Shown here: piece after piece, positions 10,993 through 24,520 of the stretch
Position numbering within the stretch: the first letter of the stretch is position 1
How the letters are laid out: every line of letters starts with the position of its first letter
Assembly: GCA_965202585.1 (NCBI GenBank)
Contig: OZ241828.1
Location: 38,130,001 to 38,194,000, forward strand
Direction: 5' to 3'
Source of the DNA: Thalia democratica
Lineage: Eukaryota
Length of the DNA stretch: 64,000 nt
The notes under the pieces: generated by a model
Told to the model about the DNA's origin: nothing
What the model saw: the letters and a program-made list of their open reading frames with translations, nothing else
The model's database searches: none
Position numbers and translations under genes: made by a program

Positions 10993-13397
10993 TTTTCAAT
11001 AAAAAAGATAGAATTTTTTTTGTATAGTTTCTATTTATAATTTTATTTTAAGTTTCTTTAAACAAAAATTATCTGTTATCTGTTTAATGTTAAACATACC
11101 TAATTTTAATCATTATTTTTTAAATCAAGTGAGATATTTAAGATTCTTTTAATCATTTATAGTTAAACCTGTTTACTGTTTTTCTGACTTATAATTGTAT
11201 TTCATAAAACATACAAAATATATTTACAAAAATTATTCGGAAAATTTTAAACTAATTCGTTTAAGTATGTACGAAATTTATAAAATGTTTTTTTTAACCT
11301 CTTTTAATCTTAAGTTAATTGTTTTTATCTTGACAATAACAACACTTGAAGAAAACGAAATAAATCTAAGTAGAGTTTAATTATAAAATATAGTAACATT
11401 TCATTAAAAATTTTAGTTACATAGTATATTTGAGCTTAAGAAAGATTGACTTTTTAAAAAGTTACTTTTTTGTTTATCCAACTAAAATCAATGAGGTTGA
11501 TTATTATCTTTTGGTGTACTATAGAAACAACGTTTAACTTTTATACTGAACTTTTACATTAATAATTATTTTAGTTCTCTAAACATAATGTCTAGCTAAA
11601 AAAGAACATTTTAAATTTAATAACCTACGTTCAATAAAACAAACCTAATTTAAATAACATTATATTCTATTAAATGGATAAAGTTTAGATTACAATTTAA
11701 AAAGACGCTATAGTTTGAATACAGCTTTATAGCTAATAAAAACATTTACATGTTGATTTTGTTCTAAAAATAATTTTAGTACGTTTTATAGAAAATAGTT
11801 ATTTTCTAACACATCTTTTTATCAACATATAACATACTAACAGCATGAAACATAAAGTGGAGGTTAGTTGTGTAACAAAGTTAAGCGTGAATAATATAGT
11901 CTACAAACTGTTTTTCATGAAAATCATTTTGATTACAGTAGTTAGCAAACTTTATTTTAAAAGTGTTAACAAGCTTATTTATTTTGTATTAAACCATTGT
12001 TATTTAAAAAAACAATTTAACCTGTTTTTTATATGTTATAAAGTTTAAACGTTCTAAAAAAATTTCAGACATTTTTATGTCTATCTATCTTCAATAAAAA
12101 AAAAGTTTGGCCAGTTACCTAACAAGATTAGAAAGAGAAAAGTAAATAAAAGTAATTGGACAAAATAAAGTTGAATAAGTAAAAATATAAATATTGCTTC
12201 TAACATCATGGTAGACATTTGTTTTTTTATTATGATAAAACTTTCTGCTCTAGAAGTTAAAACTTTTTTAATAACATTTATTGAAAAAAAAATAAATAAA
12301 AAAAAATACTTAAATAAAGTTTAGTAAAAACATCAAAAATGAAATATATTACTAAGTTGTGGTTTGCAAATTAGTAGTGTATTGTAAAATAGATGAAAAA
12401 TTAAGGTGGTGAACTGTGTATTTTAAAACAAACGTAAGTTTAATAAGGCAATAAAAGCATAATAAAAAAGAAGTACGTTTAGAATTAAAAAGAACAAATA
12501 GCTGTTCTAAATAAATAGGCAATAGTTAAAAGTATCCCAATGGACGTGTTAAAATATTTAAGAAAAATAAAATACCAAACTAACAAGCAAGAAAAATGCT
12601 AATTATAGGAGATAGCTTCAGCCGCTTCACATTAAATATTCATACTAACAGCTGCATACAAAAAGTCTAAATTTGTTTGATAATACCTGAGTAAACTTTA
12701 AACCTTTAAAGAGCATTGTTTTTAGCGAAACTAAAAACACAAAACTCAAGTCGAAACTTTGCAACACACAGCTCTAAAGGTACAAAAAAACAGTGTAGCA
12801 TAAAATCATTGTTGAACCCGTTTTTTAGATTATTTGCACTGCTAATTTTTAAAAGGAAGAAAATGATTGAAATGCACTTTAGGTATGTTTTTAACGGAAA
12901 AGCTTGTTGTGTATGTTGGAAAGCGTTAAAGTAAAATAATATTAAAAAAAAACTGAGTACACATAAAAGTACAGCATCAAAAAATTACAAGATGAAAAAA
13001 ATAACTAGGTGCAAAAACTACTTTATAAAAGAATTAGCTAAGTAAATATGTAATGCAAATTGACGATGAAAAAAAAAATCAAAACATTTGCATGTTTTGA
13101 AAATATATAAAATAAACTTTTCAAAATACAAACTTTCTGATTGTTTATTTATAGATATTAACAAAATTATACTGAGGTCTGTTGAATTTATAATAAAAAA
13201 GAACATTGATCCTACAAGAGCATTTTATGCTACGACAAAGAGTTTAGATTTATTTTAATTTGCTAAAATATTCAAACCAAAACAAAAAAAAATTTTGAAA
13301 CAACGTGTTGCACCTAGTCAGAGCAGTACCTAAATTGCCACAATTTTTAACCGTCTAATCGGCAACAAACAAAACGTCGAAACAAACATGTGAGCTT

Positions 13398-16300
13398 TCA
13401 CCTTCCGACGACCTGCAGCTTGGTCCTGTTGAACACCCACTCGTCCAGGCAGGCGACGGCGAACACGTCGGTGTCCACGTCGAACTTGTTGGCGAACAGG
13501 TGGCCCTGCGTCAGCATCCAGCTCAAGTCCCCGACCCCGTACACGCACACACCTGGACGTGAAAAAATCAGTTTGACAGTGAGAAAAGTGAAGCAACAAA
13601 ATCAAACAGCACTGGCAGGTGTGCTGCAGTGAAAAATCAGCACCGTGTTTAATAGAAAAAAAAACAGCTTAGACATATTTATTAAAATGTTAATACTGAC
13701 GCACCCTCCTGAGTACTTAAAAAAATTCGATGCAGTTTGCAAACTTAAAAAAACTAAAGCAAAATGATCAAACAAAACTTGAAAATATTCCTCAATGAAA
13801 AGAAGCAGATCAAAAAAAAAAAGTTGACTTACACTTACAATACAAAAATATAAAATCGCCAACCCCTCATGTATCTCCCCTCGCATTTCGGGTACGCGGG
13901 TGATTCCCCGTCGTCGAGACCGGCCCACTTGACCAGCCTGGGGATGGACACTAGTTCGTTGCGGTCGTACTTGGGGTGGGGCGGGTAGCTTCCGGGTAAG
14001 ACGGGGTACCATCGCTGGAGGGAGGCCCAGATGTGCTCGTCGGGCGAGTAAGTGTCCTCGTTCCACTTCATAAACTCCTTCACTCTGCCGTCTGGAAATT
14101 TTATATTTTTGTTACTCATGTTCAATTAAAAAAAGGGTATTTTTGTAAGAAATTAATAAAGCTCCACAATAAAGAAGACAATCAATGATTGAAAGTTAAA
14201 ATTTAGTTTAAAGTTTAGACTTTCCAAAAAAAAAAACCACAATGTTTAGCATTTTTAACAAAACTTTTATATCAAAAAAATTACAGTATTTCAAACAGCT
14301 GTGTATCGACCAAAACTTAGATTTATTTTCTTTTGCCTTATGTCATAACTTATTACTAAAGCTACACAAAAATTTGTTCCCTAACTATACAATACTAATG
14401 AAAACCGAATTAAAAAAAAAAGCGATCAAAAACACGACTATAAAATCGTGTTAAAATTAACTGTTAAGTAAAGATTGAAGGGTGAAAAGAGCTAACACTC
14501 TGTTTGTTTGCTAAAATAGTTCTAGTTTGAAAAGCAAACCGTTTACGATGAAGTCGACGGCTTCATACGTGAATACGTAGTAGGCGGATCCGGCGAACAT
14601 TTTGATTCCGAGGGGGTTATCAGCTTTCTCTTCGTCCGTCTTTTCCATGTAACCCTTGTTTGCCGGCACTTTGTACTTGAACTTGTACCTAGAACACAAC
14701 ATGAAAAAAAGTTTATTGAACTGATTAAAGTGACGAACTAAACTTTTGTTACATCTGTTCAATTCACACGTATTTATTTCGTAAAGTATTTTGTAACAAG
14801 TACTAAAAAGTGAAGTTGTGCTAAAAGAAAAGTTCATGAAAATGAAAAGTCACATAAGTTACAACCTTAAGTTTATACTTAAAAAAAAATACAGAAAGCA
14901 TTTTAAAGTTTTTCAAAAAATTATAAAACCAAGTTTAATTTTTAATTTTTGCATTAATGTGCATAAAAACAGTTAATAAAAAAGTAGTTGTGTTTAAAGA
15001 CTAAGTATAACTTTTGAGTATAGCAGCTGTACTTATAATAACTTAACTTACTTGGTTTACATTTAAACAAAAAAGTTTATAAAGAACATATTTAAGGTCT
15101 ACTTAAAAAAATAATGTTCTTTAAAAGAAAATCGACTGTTTCCGTGTGTTTTAGTTTTTTTAAACTGTTATTGTTAGTAAAAAATACATTACACAATACT
15201 GTTATTAAAAAAAAAAGAATAAATAACATTAAGTAATAATAAAACTTATGTACCTTCTACTTTTGTGTCCTGGCATTGTCACAGTTTCTAGGTTGTTCAT
15301 TCCATTAAGCATTTGCAAACTTTTAACAATGTCGTAATTTGTTTTGAGAGGAAAATCTTGACCACAAAGATTTATAACATATTTCCATTTTACTTGATTT
15401 CTCCTGAATAAGGTTGTTGTGTGATAAATAAATGGAATTCATCAAAACTTTGAAATCTATTTCATTTTTATTTAATAGATATAAATATTTAAAAGCTAAC
15501 TGTCACAGAAGAAAAAAGATTTTACTTAATTCAAAGCGTATTTCGATTTGATCAACTATAGAGCGATTATTTAAAAGAAGTAATTGAAAACTTTCAAAGT
15601 ATTAATTAAAAGCTCGTTTATCATACGAACTGATTTAATACAGCGATAAAATTGTTAAAATTTCAAATGGAAGTATTGTAATAATTGTTTACGGTAAAAC
15701 TGTAAGTTTTAGCTGTTATCATAATTGCAACGTGCATACTATATTAACTTTGTGGAAAACTATTTTTTTTTATCAACGTTTTGCAACATTAAGTACATAG
15801 TAAGCTTGTTAGTGCTTATTTGAGTACTTTTTTTCAAAAATTGCTTATGAAGAAGTTAATGTTTTAACTTAAAGTTTAAAGTTTTATAGAGCTTTTAAAT
15901 GTATAGTTTTAATTTAAAAAAAAACGTTTTATGATACATTACATAACGTTTTATGGTTTTCAAACATTTTTAAGTATCCATTTAAAATGTCACTAACTAG
16001 CAATGTGTCAATTGTTTACTCATTTTTTTACTGTAGACAATAAAAACAATTAAGTACATAGATTTTTTTTTTCTACTTTATAGTAATTTTTTTAATAACT
16101 TTATACTTGATTTATTTGCTTTATTTCACGATATTCAGCTCTAAAATTTATATTAAAACTGTTGGCATTGCAAAATGGTTCGTAAATTTAAGATATTTTT
16201 TTCTGGTGAATTAAACACAAACTTTTCAGTTTAATTGATTAAAATCTGTTTGTTATTCATATTTTTAACTTTGTCTAAAATTCTCTGAAAAAATAACTTA

Positions 16301-19300
16301 ATCTAATTTATTGTCTGGAATTTTCAGTACAAATGTTTAAACTCATATCATGATAAGAAAAAGTTACCGCACGTAAAAATTTACACACGACTTTTTGTTA
16401 AAATGCCTGCTTAAAACTTCCTACTTTTTCGCATCGCCTTTAATTGGAAAACAACCGGATAGTTTAGTGTATTCAGGCGTCAATTAAAAGCACACCATGC
16501 GTTCATTGTTCCTCGAACCGACATGGATTAAAACGCAAAACTTTTCGTACGCAATTCACACGCGTCCACCGTGAAGCTAACAAAACAGAAATCAAAACAA
16601 ACGAACGCTCCCGACAATAAGTTGAAAAACGCTAATGCCAACGAGCAGTTGAAAAAACACACGAACCTTTCTATCAGCTGCCTCATGCAAACCAGATCCG
16701 CCTCCACCCTGCTGTAGTGCGTGTATATGAGCTCGACGGCGTCCGAAGCCACGAACACGTTGGGGAGGCACCGGACGATCGTGGCGACGTCGCCCTTGAA
16801 CTTTTGGGGCGATTTTCTGTCGACGTGAACGCAGTAGATGTTGTTCGGTCGGTAGATGGCGCGAAGGAGAAGCTCGAACTGTCTCACCTTCCTATTGGTT
16901 GTTTGCAATTAGTAGAATATTTTATGCACTTTGAAAGGTGCAGGAAATGAATTAGACAATACAAATACTCTTATTAGTAACTTTGTAACCTAAAATTTAT
17001 TCAAACAAAAACAAAACTAAATAATACTTTCTATGATATTTGCTCATCGTAAATTTAAACGAGCTACGAAGTTATCTCAGAAACAAACTTGTGAATGGTT
17101 ATAATGTACGCAATTGGAAATTTTATTTCTTCTTCGCTCAGGGGTATATTTATGTAGTTTCTCCATTTCCGAAAATCTTCACAATTAGAAGCTCTGTTTA
17201 ACAATTCTTCTTCAAAGTTGTCAAATTTTAAACGCTTCGGTTTGTATGCCTGCAAGTTGTAAGGGTATAGATTTTTTTTCCGTAATGGTAGTACTAGCTG
17301 TTTATTTTTTTTTTAATTTATTTAATTTGTAAAACTTACTCGCATTTTGCTAGTATTAGTTTTGTATTTTTCATTTTATTTTGTTTTTTGTAAAAACAAA
17401 TTTTAATTTTATATAAGCTATAGTTTATTAACGACCAAAAAAAAGACGCTAAAGACATTTGGTCCTAGGACCTGGTGAACAAAAAACCTTTCGGTTATCG
17501 AGTCACACACCACGAATACCTTTTTACGTCTTGTCCAAGACCTATTTAATATGTTAAACAAAATTTATATTTGTGAACCTAAAGTGTAATTTACAAATTT
17601 ATTTTTTTTTCACTACAGTAGTAATAAACCATTAAATAAATACTAAAGTTTAGCAAAACAATTTTTTTTCTAGTTAAGATTGCTGTAACAAATTAAAAAC
17701 ATATTTATTATAAACAACAACCATTATAAATCATTCGTTAGCTTTTATTGCTTTTACTGTTCAGCGCACATCCGCGGTACTTCTACAATTAGATTAATAC
17801 GCAACCACTTAGAAAAATAACTAATTAAAGTTTTTGCATGAAACTTTAAACTATTTTACTTTTTAAAAAGCGCATTTAAATCTTTACCGAAGTAGTTTTT
17901 GCTAATGTTAATTGGCGCCGTTAATTAATTTGATTTTGCTTCCTAGAAAAGATTAAAGCATTTTACACAGGAACTAAAACGAAAATAGAAAGTATATCTA
18001 AATTTAAATAATCTCTTATCTATTTTAGTTCATAGCTAAATACTCTAGATTCTAAGGAAAACCAAATCTCGGATTGGTTCCTCTTTTTAACAATGTTAAT
18101 AAGATAAGCAAAAAACAACACTTTCAATACAAGTATTATTGAACAAAAATAAACTTTTTGTTTAAAGTTTTATTTTTATTTATAAGGTTTGTGTTTATAT
18201 TTGTGGTTATAATAAAAGAAGTAATAAGCATAACTAATATATACCTTTGAAGATTTATTAACCTTGACAAACTATTTACAACTTCGCGAAGTTAAATTTA
18301 AAACCTATGCTGAACAAAACGACTGAATAATTGAAACAAGAAGGATGTAAAGTTAACTTTAAATATTTTTTTGTGTACTATACAGTTTTAGATGAGATTT
18401 AATTGTTTGTTTTAACTAAGGACAATAATTTTTATTACAGTTGAATTGTGGTTTTTCATTGTCATATGATTAAAATAGCTTTGTATGATGTTTAAATAAG
18501 AAAGAAAAAAAAAATAGATGTTCTAAAAAATACCTGATTTATTAATTGAAAACTAAAATTAAAAAACATATGTTCTTTACACACTTACTAATAATAAAAG
18601 AATATAAACTTGTATAGAGAAAAACATTATTCATTTTTCAGACTTTTTTATTTTGTTTATTAATATTCAAATAAAACTTTCATGTGTTTCATACAAAGTT
18701 TTGTAACAGTGGTGGGGAATAAAATAAAACATATTAAGTTAAAAAAGGTTAGTTTTCTATAAAAATATGTATGTAGAATACGTAGAAAAGTTACCAAATT
18801 AAAAGTTAAAGACAAAAGCTTTACATACAAAAATTTTTAGATAAAAATTTTACTAAAAACTCAGAAGTAGCAGAAAATAAGAAAAAAGTCATACTTGGGA
18901 GTTGAACTCCATAAGCAAAAGTTTAGATTGCAAAACAGAATCTTCATTTTTCGATATAAAGCTCTCGCAATCGATGTTGGGTATCCCGTCTGGCCTGTGG
19001 TGGAACACTTGTGACATGCGGGCACGAACTTTTTCATTCTGCAAAGAAAAAATATCAAGCTCCTTATTATAAAACTTATTAGAGTTATTTAAAAAATCGG
19101 ATATAAGTACAAAGCTTAAGAAGTTGCAAATTTTTGTGATTATTAAAATATTAATAAATTAATATATTAAAATAATTGAGAACTTGTGTAAAATGTTAAA
19201 TTAGTTAAATAAAGAAAAAGTTACTAACCTAAAGTATCTAAGAATCTAAAGTAAAGATACATTAAAATAAACATCGACATGTATTAATAGGAAAATCTAA

Positions 19301-22300
19301 CTTTTTATGTTCATAAAGTGAAAATTCTAAACTTCTAAAACACTTTAAAAATAAAAACTGAATAAAATCTATAAAAAATGGTATTTTTTTTTACAGGGTT
19401 ACAGCTAAATGACTTACAATGGTATAATAACAGCTTTATGCATAATTTTTTGCTTCAAACAAAAATGTTATATATGTTAAAAGGAACTAACTGTAAAAGC
19501 ACCAAGAATGTTCCCTTTTTTATAAAATTCTGTTTAATTAACTTTTATTGATCAGACGTAAGTATTGAAATTAATTAGACATAAAATTCTTATCAAGGAG
19601 TTTAAAGTGTTTAATTTAACAAAGATAATTGGCTTTAAATTTTGATTACTTTCGTGTAGTTTTACTAATGTCTAAAATTTATTGTAACCACTCTTATAAC
19701 TCAATTAATAGGAGTATTTTTGTTGGACACTTTTTCTGTACTCATTCCAACTCTATATATGTTAAAGTTTACTATTTAAATTAGACCTTTTACTAAAAAT
19801 AAACCAGATAAAACTTAGTTAAATTAAACATAAAACATTTTATAAATGAAATTATATTATTACTGTTACTTTATTTGAAGGGCATTAATAATCAAGTTTG
19901 AAACGAATGCAAAAATTGTTATGTTTTAACAGATGTATTGTTTATTGAACGACAAAAAGGAGCGCTCAAAGTATTTGGCTCTAGGACCTAGTGGACGAAA
20001 AAACCTTTCGGTTATCGAGATATACTATTTCATTACTTTGTTTTAAAAATAAGTTGATTTAACATATGTTTTTTAGACTTTATTTATAAATATAATTTTA
20101 GAAACACTTGTACAGACTACAACTCTTTAAAACTATTATCATAAAGTGGGTATTTTCACAGATTAATTAAAAAAAAATTCTCAAACTAAATATAAATTTG
20201 AGCAAGGTAGTTGAAAAGATTTTTTAATTAATAAATGCTTTTTTTAAACTTTCTATCTGTATATATACTGTTTTTAAAACTAGATTTCTTATTGTTTCAA
20301 ATCATTTTTTAATGAATGGAGTATGCAAGTTGTGTAAAATCTGAAAGTAAGAAGTTTATAGACTCTTGAGAACGGTGAACTTTTGCTTTCGATACTTAAC
20401 TTATTTAACTCTACTTTTTGTTGAGTTTTTGTAACATGCTTTAAGTTATTTCAAACTTCGTTTAAGAACTCATGGAACTACAAACAGTATTACAAATCAT
20501 GCTCGGTTTAACTTTTAAATCTTTTTTTTTTCATTTCTACAGTAAACTACTTATGATGTGTCATATTATACTTGTTTTTAATTATATTTTTATAAGTTAA
20601 AATATAATTAAATTTATTTATCATAACGTAGAGTATACTGATATAATAAAACTTTTAAAAATGCAATGAAAAAGTATAAACAATCATTTTATTTCTAATA
20701 AACTTTATAAGAAAATTTTTATATCATTGAACAAATTAGAAAATTACCAAAGGTATTTTATTCAGGTCTTAAAATTAAAAAAATACCAATAAGTTCATAT
20801 CATCGCTTTGAGTCTTTTATTATACAGAGATAAGTTAAACACTTATAAACAAAAGAACAAAAGGACTGCAAACAAGAACTAATTATACTTACAGTTTTTG
20901 CCATAACCTGTTTGAAAACCTTCTTAATTATATTAAATACAAAATAGGTTTATAACTTTAATATTGGATATAAAACAAGTTTTAGAAACAAAAAACTACC
21001 TTTACAGATTCAGAGTAATCGTCAGTTTTCCATTTTTTCCATCTGAGAAAAAATGTTTTTGTGTTAAGTTCTATTACAAAAAAAAGGTTAAAAAAAAACT
21101 GTTTTACAGGTTAATATAATCAAACGTGATAGTGCAGCCATCAGCGTTTATAGATTCTTTACAATGATTTCTAAAGCTTTCGGTTTTATTTTCGTACAAA
21201 CATGTTACTGTTTTGAGTCAAAATTTTTTTAATCAATATTTACAATGTAAAAGTGCTACTTAGTTTAAACAATTTGTTACTTTAAACATTTTTATGTATC
21301 TTGTTAACTTGAAAACATTACAAACACTATTAAAACGTAATTTAAGCTTCCAATCTGAACTTAAGTTTACTCTTTCATAAAAGCTCTTTACAATTAAAAA
21401 GGTCAAAGCTTTTACAGTACCCTATAAATCACATAAAAATACAAAATTGAAAACATTTGACCTACAAATATCACCGTTGCCAAAAAAACATTAACAAGGA
21501 CAACAGTTTTTTACAAGTGCTTGTAAACTTATACGGTAAATATTTACATGCAAAAACATTAAGCGAGCTATAAAATTTTTCACATGGTAAATCTATCTAG
21601 TACGTTTAAATTTAAAGTTTACAAGAACAAATTAAACTATAAAAAGGTTTAGGCTTGTCATGGTGTTAGTGCTTAAATCTATTTTGATTTTTGTATTCAA
21701 TATAAAATAAAGAGTACTTTTAATCTTTAAATAAGTATTATTGTTCAAATTAATAAAAGAGAATTATACGGTCAAGTTTTCCACTTAGGTGAAAAATTTG
21801 ACTTTAGATTTATGTTTAGAGGGTTTGTACTTTCAAGGAATAAAAGTAAAATAAAGAAAAACAGTATATATTGTAAATGCATTTTTAGTTAGCAAAAACA
21901 ATAATAAGTCGATGGTTTTACTTCTTCTCCGTATAAAAATGTTTAAGCTTTTTACAATTAATGATTTTACATTTAAAACTTTTTAAAGCTATTTATAGAA
22001 TACAATTAACAGTTTAAAATATTTACAACTAATAAATAAAGAAACACAAGTGCTCCCGAAAAATAAATATTTCGTATACTTTTAAAGCTCATACGTGTTT
22101 GCAGTAAACAACTAAAAAACTAAATCAGCCAACAAATACAGGTTAAATAAAAATATTAAAACAAAAAATAACTCCCAAGTTTATCTAAAAGCAGTGTTTC
22201 ACGTAAAAATGATAGCCAGGATTTGTTTTTGTTTCAGCAAATAATTCTATAAAAACTGTTTAACTCAACAAAAACTTTTATTTTTACTGTAGTACTTACT

Positions 22301-23258
22301 ACAGTGAAATTAAACTTACAATTTTTGAATACTAATTTTTATTATTTTATCAATAAAGACTTATTAATTGAACTGTTAAAAAGGAGAAGAAGCTTACTTA
22401 CAGCGGAAGTAATTGACAATAGTTACAAAACTAGCGTTTGTAGATATCTAAAATTAAGTTTTTAAAGTTAAAACAATTGAAAGCAATAAATGTTGAAAGT
22501 TAAATTTTATAAAAATTACAGATGTTTAAAGATAATCATCAATCAGAGAACTGGTTTTAGCGTATTAATTAAAACTTAAACTTTAATTCAAAGAAAAAAA
22601 TCTGTTTTGAAGGTAAAATTAGGATATTTTTTCAAGATTAGCTTAAAGTAGTTAAAAAAAAAACGGTAGATTTTATTAAACTTGTTGAGAAACATGTACT
22701 AGTTCGAAATGTCTGGGAAACTTCATAACTAGCTGAGAAAAAAATAGTAACAAAAGGCTTAATCAATAAAATGATTATAGTCTATAAAAATAGTTTTCAT
22801 ACTAGACACTCATAAAATGTAAATTTTGGTTTTTTTAAATGTTTTGTACGATTTATCAATAATGTCTGTAAAAACTAATGATGAACCGTCAGATTTCTGG
22901 TAAAAAGTTTTACTTATACTTACAGGATAGTTGTTTTTTAATTATTTTTTGATTATTGTTTACTGCTGTTTTAGCTGATAAAAAAAAGTAAATACTTGTT
23001 ATTAAAGTTAAGTAATACTTTTTGTGTACAATTAAAAGCAAAAAGAAAATTATAAATTTGTACTTATATAGTATTAAAGTATTTTATCTGCTAATATTTA
23101 TAAAATGGAACTAACTTAATTAGTTCTTTCTTATCAGCTACGTGTTGGGTTGTTGCATGCTTTACTTCAACGTCTTTTGAGTACTGAGCAAGCAATGTAG
23201 CTAAGATCCAAATGCAAGCTATGGACAAAATTATCTTTTTCACTTTTTCTCTTTTCAT
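13398..23258 (-). CDS. GCNT: Beta-1,6-N-acetylglucosaminyltransferase, core-2/I-branching family (GT14), type II membrane protein, 465 aa
   Basis: Exons (minus) 23258-23116, 21042-21000, 19038-18895, 17249-17089, 16891-16667, 15403-15254, 14688-14540, 14091-13864 and 13552-13398, total 1398 nt, all in phase. Family motifs: LSEEEIKFPIAYIITIHK, LLRAIYRPNNIYCVHVD, WKYVINLCGQDFPLKTN, FAGSAYYV, DTYSPDEHIWA, VCVYGVGDL, HLFANKFD. N-terminal TM anchor KKIILSIACIWILATLLA. The paralogue (GCNT1/2/3/4) cannot be assigned. Confidence 0.93.
17431..17513. repeat. Short interspersed repeat family, best-preserved copy
   Basis: Core ggtcctaggacctggtgaacaaaaaacctttcggttatcgagtcacacaccac; related copies at 10921, 19948 and 59166. 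Confidence 0.75.
19948..20020. repeat. Short interspersed repeat family copy
   Basis: ctaggacctagtggacgaaaaaacctttcggttatcgag, close to the copy at 17431. Confidence 0.75.
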
Positions 23259-24367
23259 TATTTTCTAGATACCAGTCAAAAATCATTAAACATGCTATGT
23301 TATTGACCTGATGGTACTTAAGTTGGTTATTAGATACTATAGAAATAGATGATGAAACAACTTTCGTGTACGTAAACTATACTTAAAATTATAAAAGCAA
23401 TACTTGTTAATAAAGAATGTTAAAAACTTCATTTAACAGGTTATTTTGGTATAAACCATAAAAAAAAAGTTAATTCAATACTTATTTGGTGTAAAATTGT
23501 CTGGTACAACCGTGTAAAAACAAAAAAAGTTTTCTAATTGTGAAAGTTTGTATGTTTGTTATTCAACAAAATTTTTATCTAACTAACATAACATTAGCTG
23601 TTTATTTACTTAGCTCTTAAGTTTTTTCATCTGCGCATGAAAAGTGTGAAAAAATAGAATCTTGTTTAAAACTACTTGCCATACTTTTTTTTATCTAATT
23701 TTCGATAGTTTTATATTATACCTTTGTTTTAATAGAAATTGTTTCACAAAAATTTATAAAACAATAAAAAAGGTTTGAATTCCTGTACTTTTAATATATT
23801 TATAAAAATAAACAAGTTAAAAGTAATTAGCTACTGAACATGCGCAGATATAACAATATATAACTTAATAACTATGAGTTTTTTAATTTATACAATTTTT
23901 TTTTTTTAATTTTTTTTAGACTACTAAAAGGTAATTGTTATAAATTACTAAACTTCTTCATTACTGTCATACTTTCTTTAACTTCCGCAAAGTTTCAACA
24001 TTTTTGTAAATAAGGAAACTTAGTTGCAGTAAGCTTAGTGTAATAAAACAAAATCTTTTTTATTAGTTTTGTTGACGAAAAAATTATATTACAAATAACG
24101 CATTTAACAAGTAATTAGAATTTTCTAAAAATTAAAGGTTAATACTTTCCTATTCACAATAAATACTTACTTAACATGTATCATATATGGTTATTCAAAA
24201 AAACTACTTGTATATTTTAAATAATCAACTAAGAACTATTTACCGAGAGTAGACAAAAAAATTAAAAGAAGGCCATTATAAACCACAATCATATGTTTTA
24301 TCTGTTATGGAAAAAAGAAGAAATAAGTGCATAAATTATTTAGAACACAATTGAGAAAAAAAAACAC

Positions 24368-24520
24368 TTTCAACTTGCTAATGAAAGCAAACTGTCTAAG
24401 TTGTAACCACTCTACTAACTTCTGATAACAAAAACTTAAACATAATAAAGCTGCAAAAAAAAGCTTTGCATACATGTGTACGAACAACTGAGCTTTATAT
24501 TTTCGCACTGAGCTCGACAT
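24368..24520 (-). other. Candidate alternative first coding exon or 5' leader region of GCNT
   Basis: ATG at 24520 opens MSSSVRKYKAQLFVHMYAKLFFAALLCLSFCYQKLVEWLQLRQFAFISKLK, ending at a phase-0 GTGTTT donor compatible with exon 19038. It lies in a GC-richer island (24480-24840) upstream of the gene. Confidence 0.3.

Noticed and set aside
7900-13210. Short AT-rich ORFs (7928, 8092, 11195, 11845, 12716, 13018)
   Set aside because: F/L/K/I-rich composition typical of random AT-rich DNA; no motifs or splice support.
16528-16666. Hydrophobic ORF extension after GCNT exon 5
   Set aside because: This is intron read-through in T-rich sequence; the GTTCGT donor at 16666 gives the conserved in-frame continuation.
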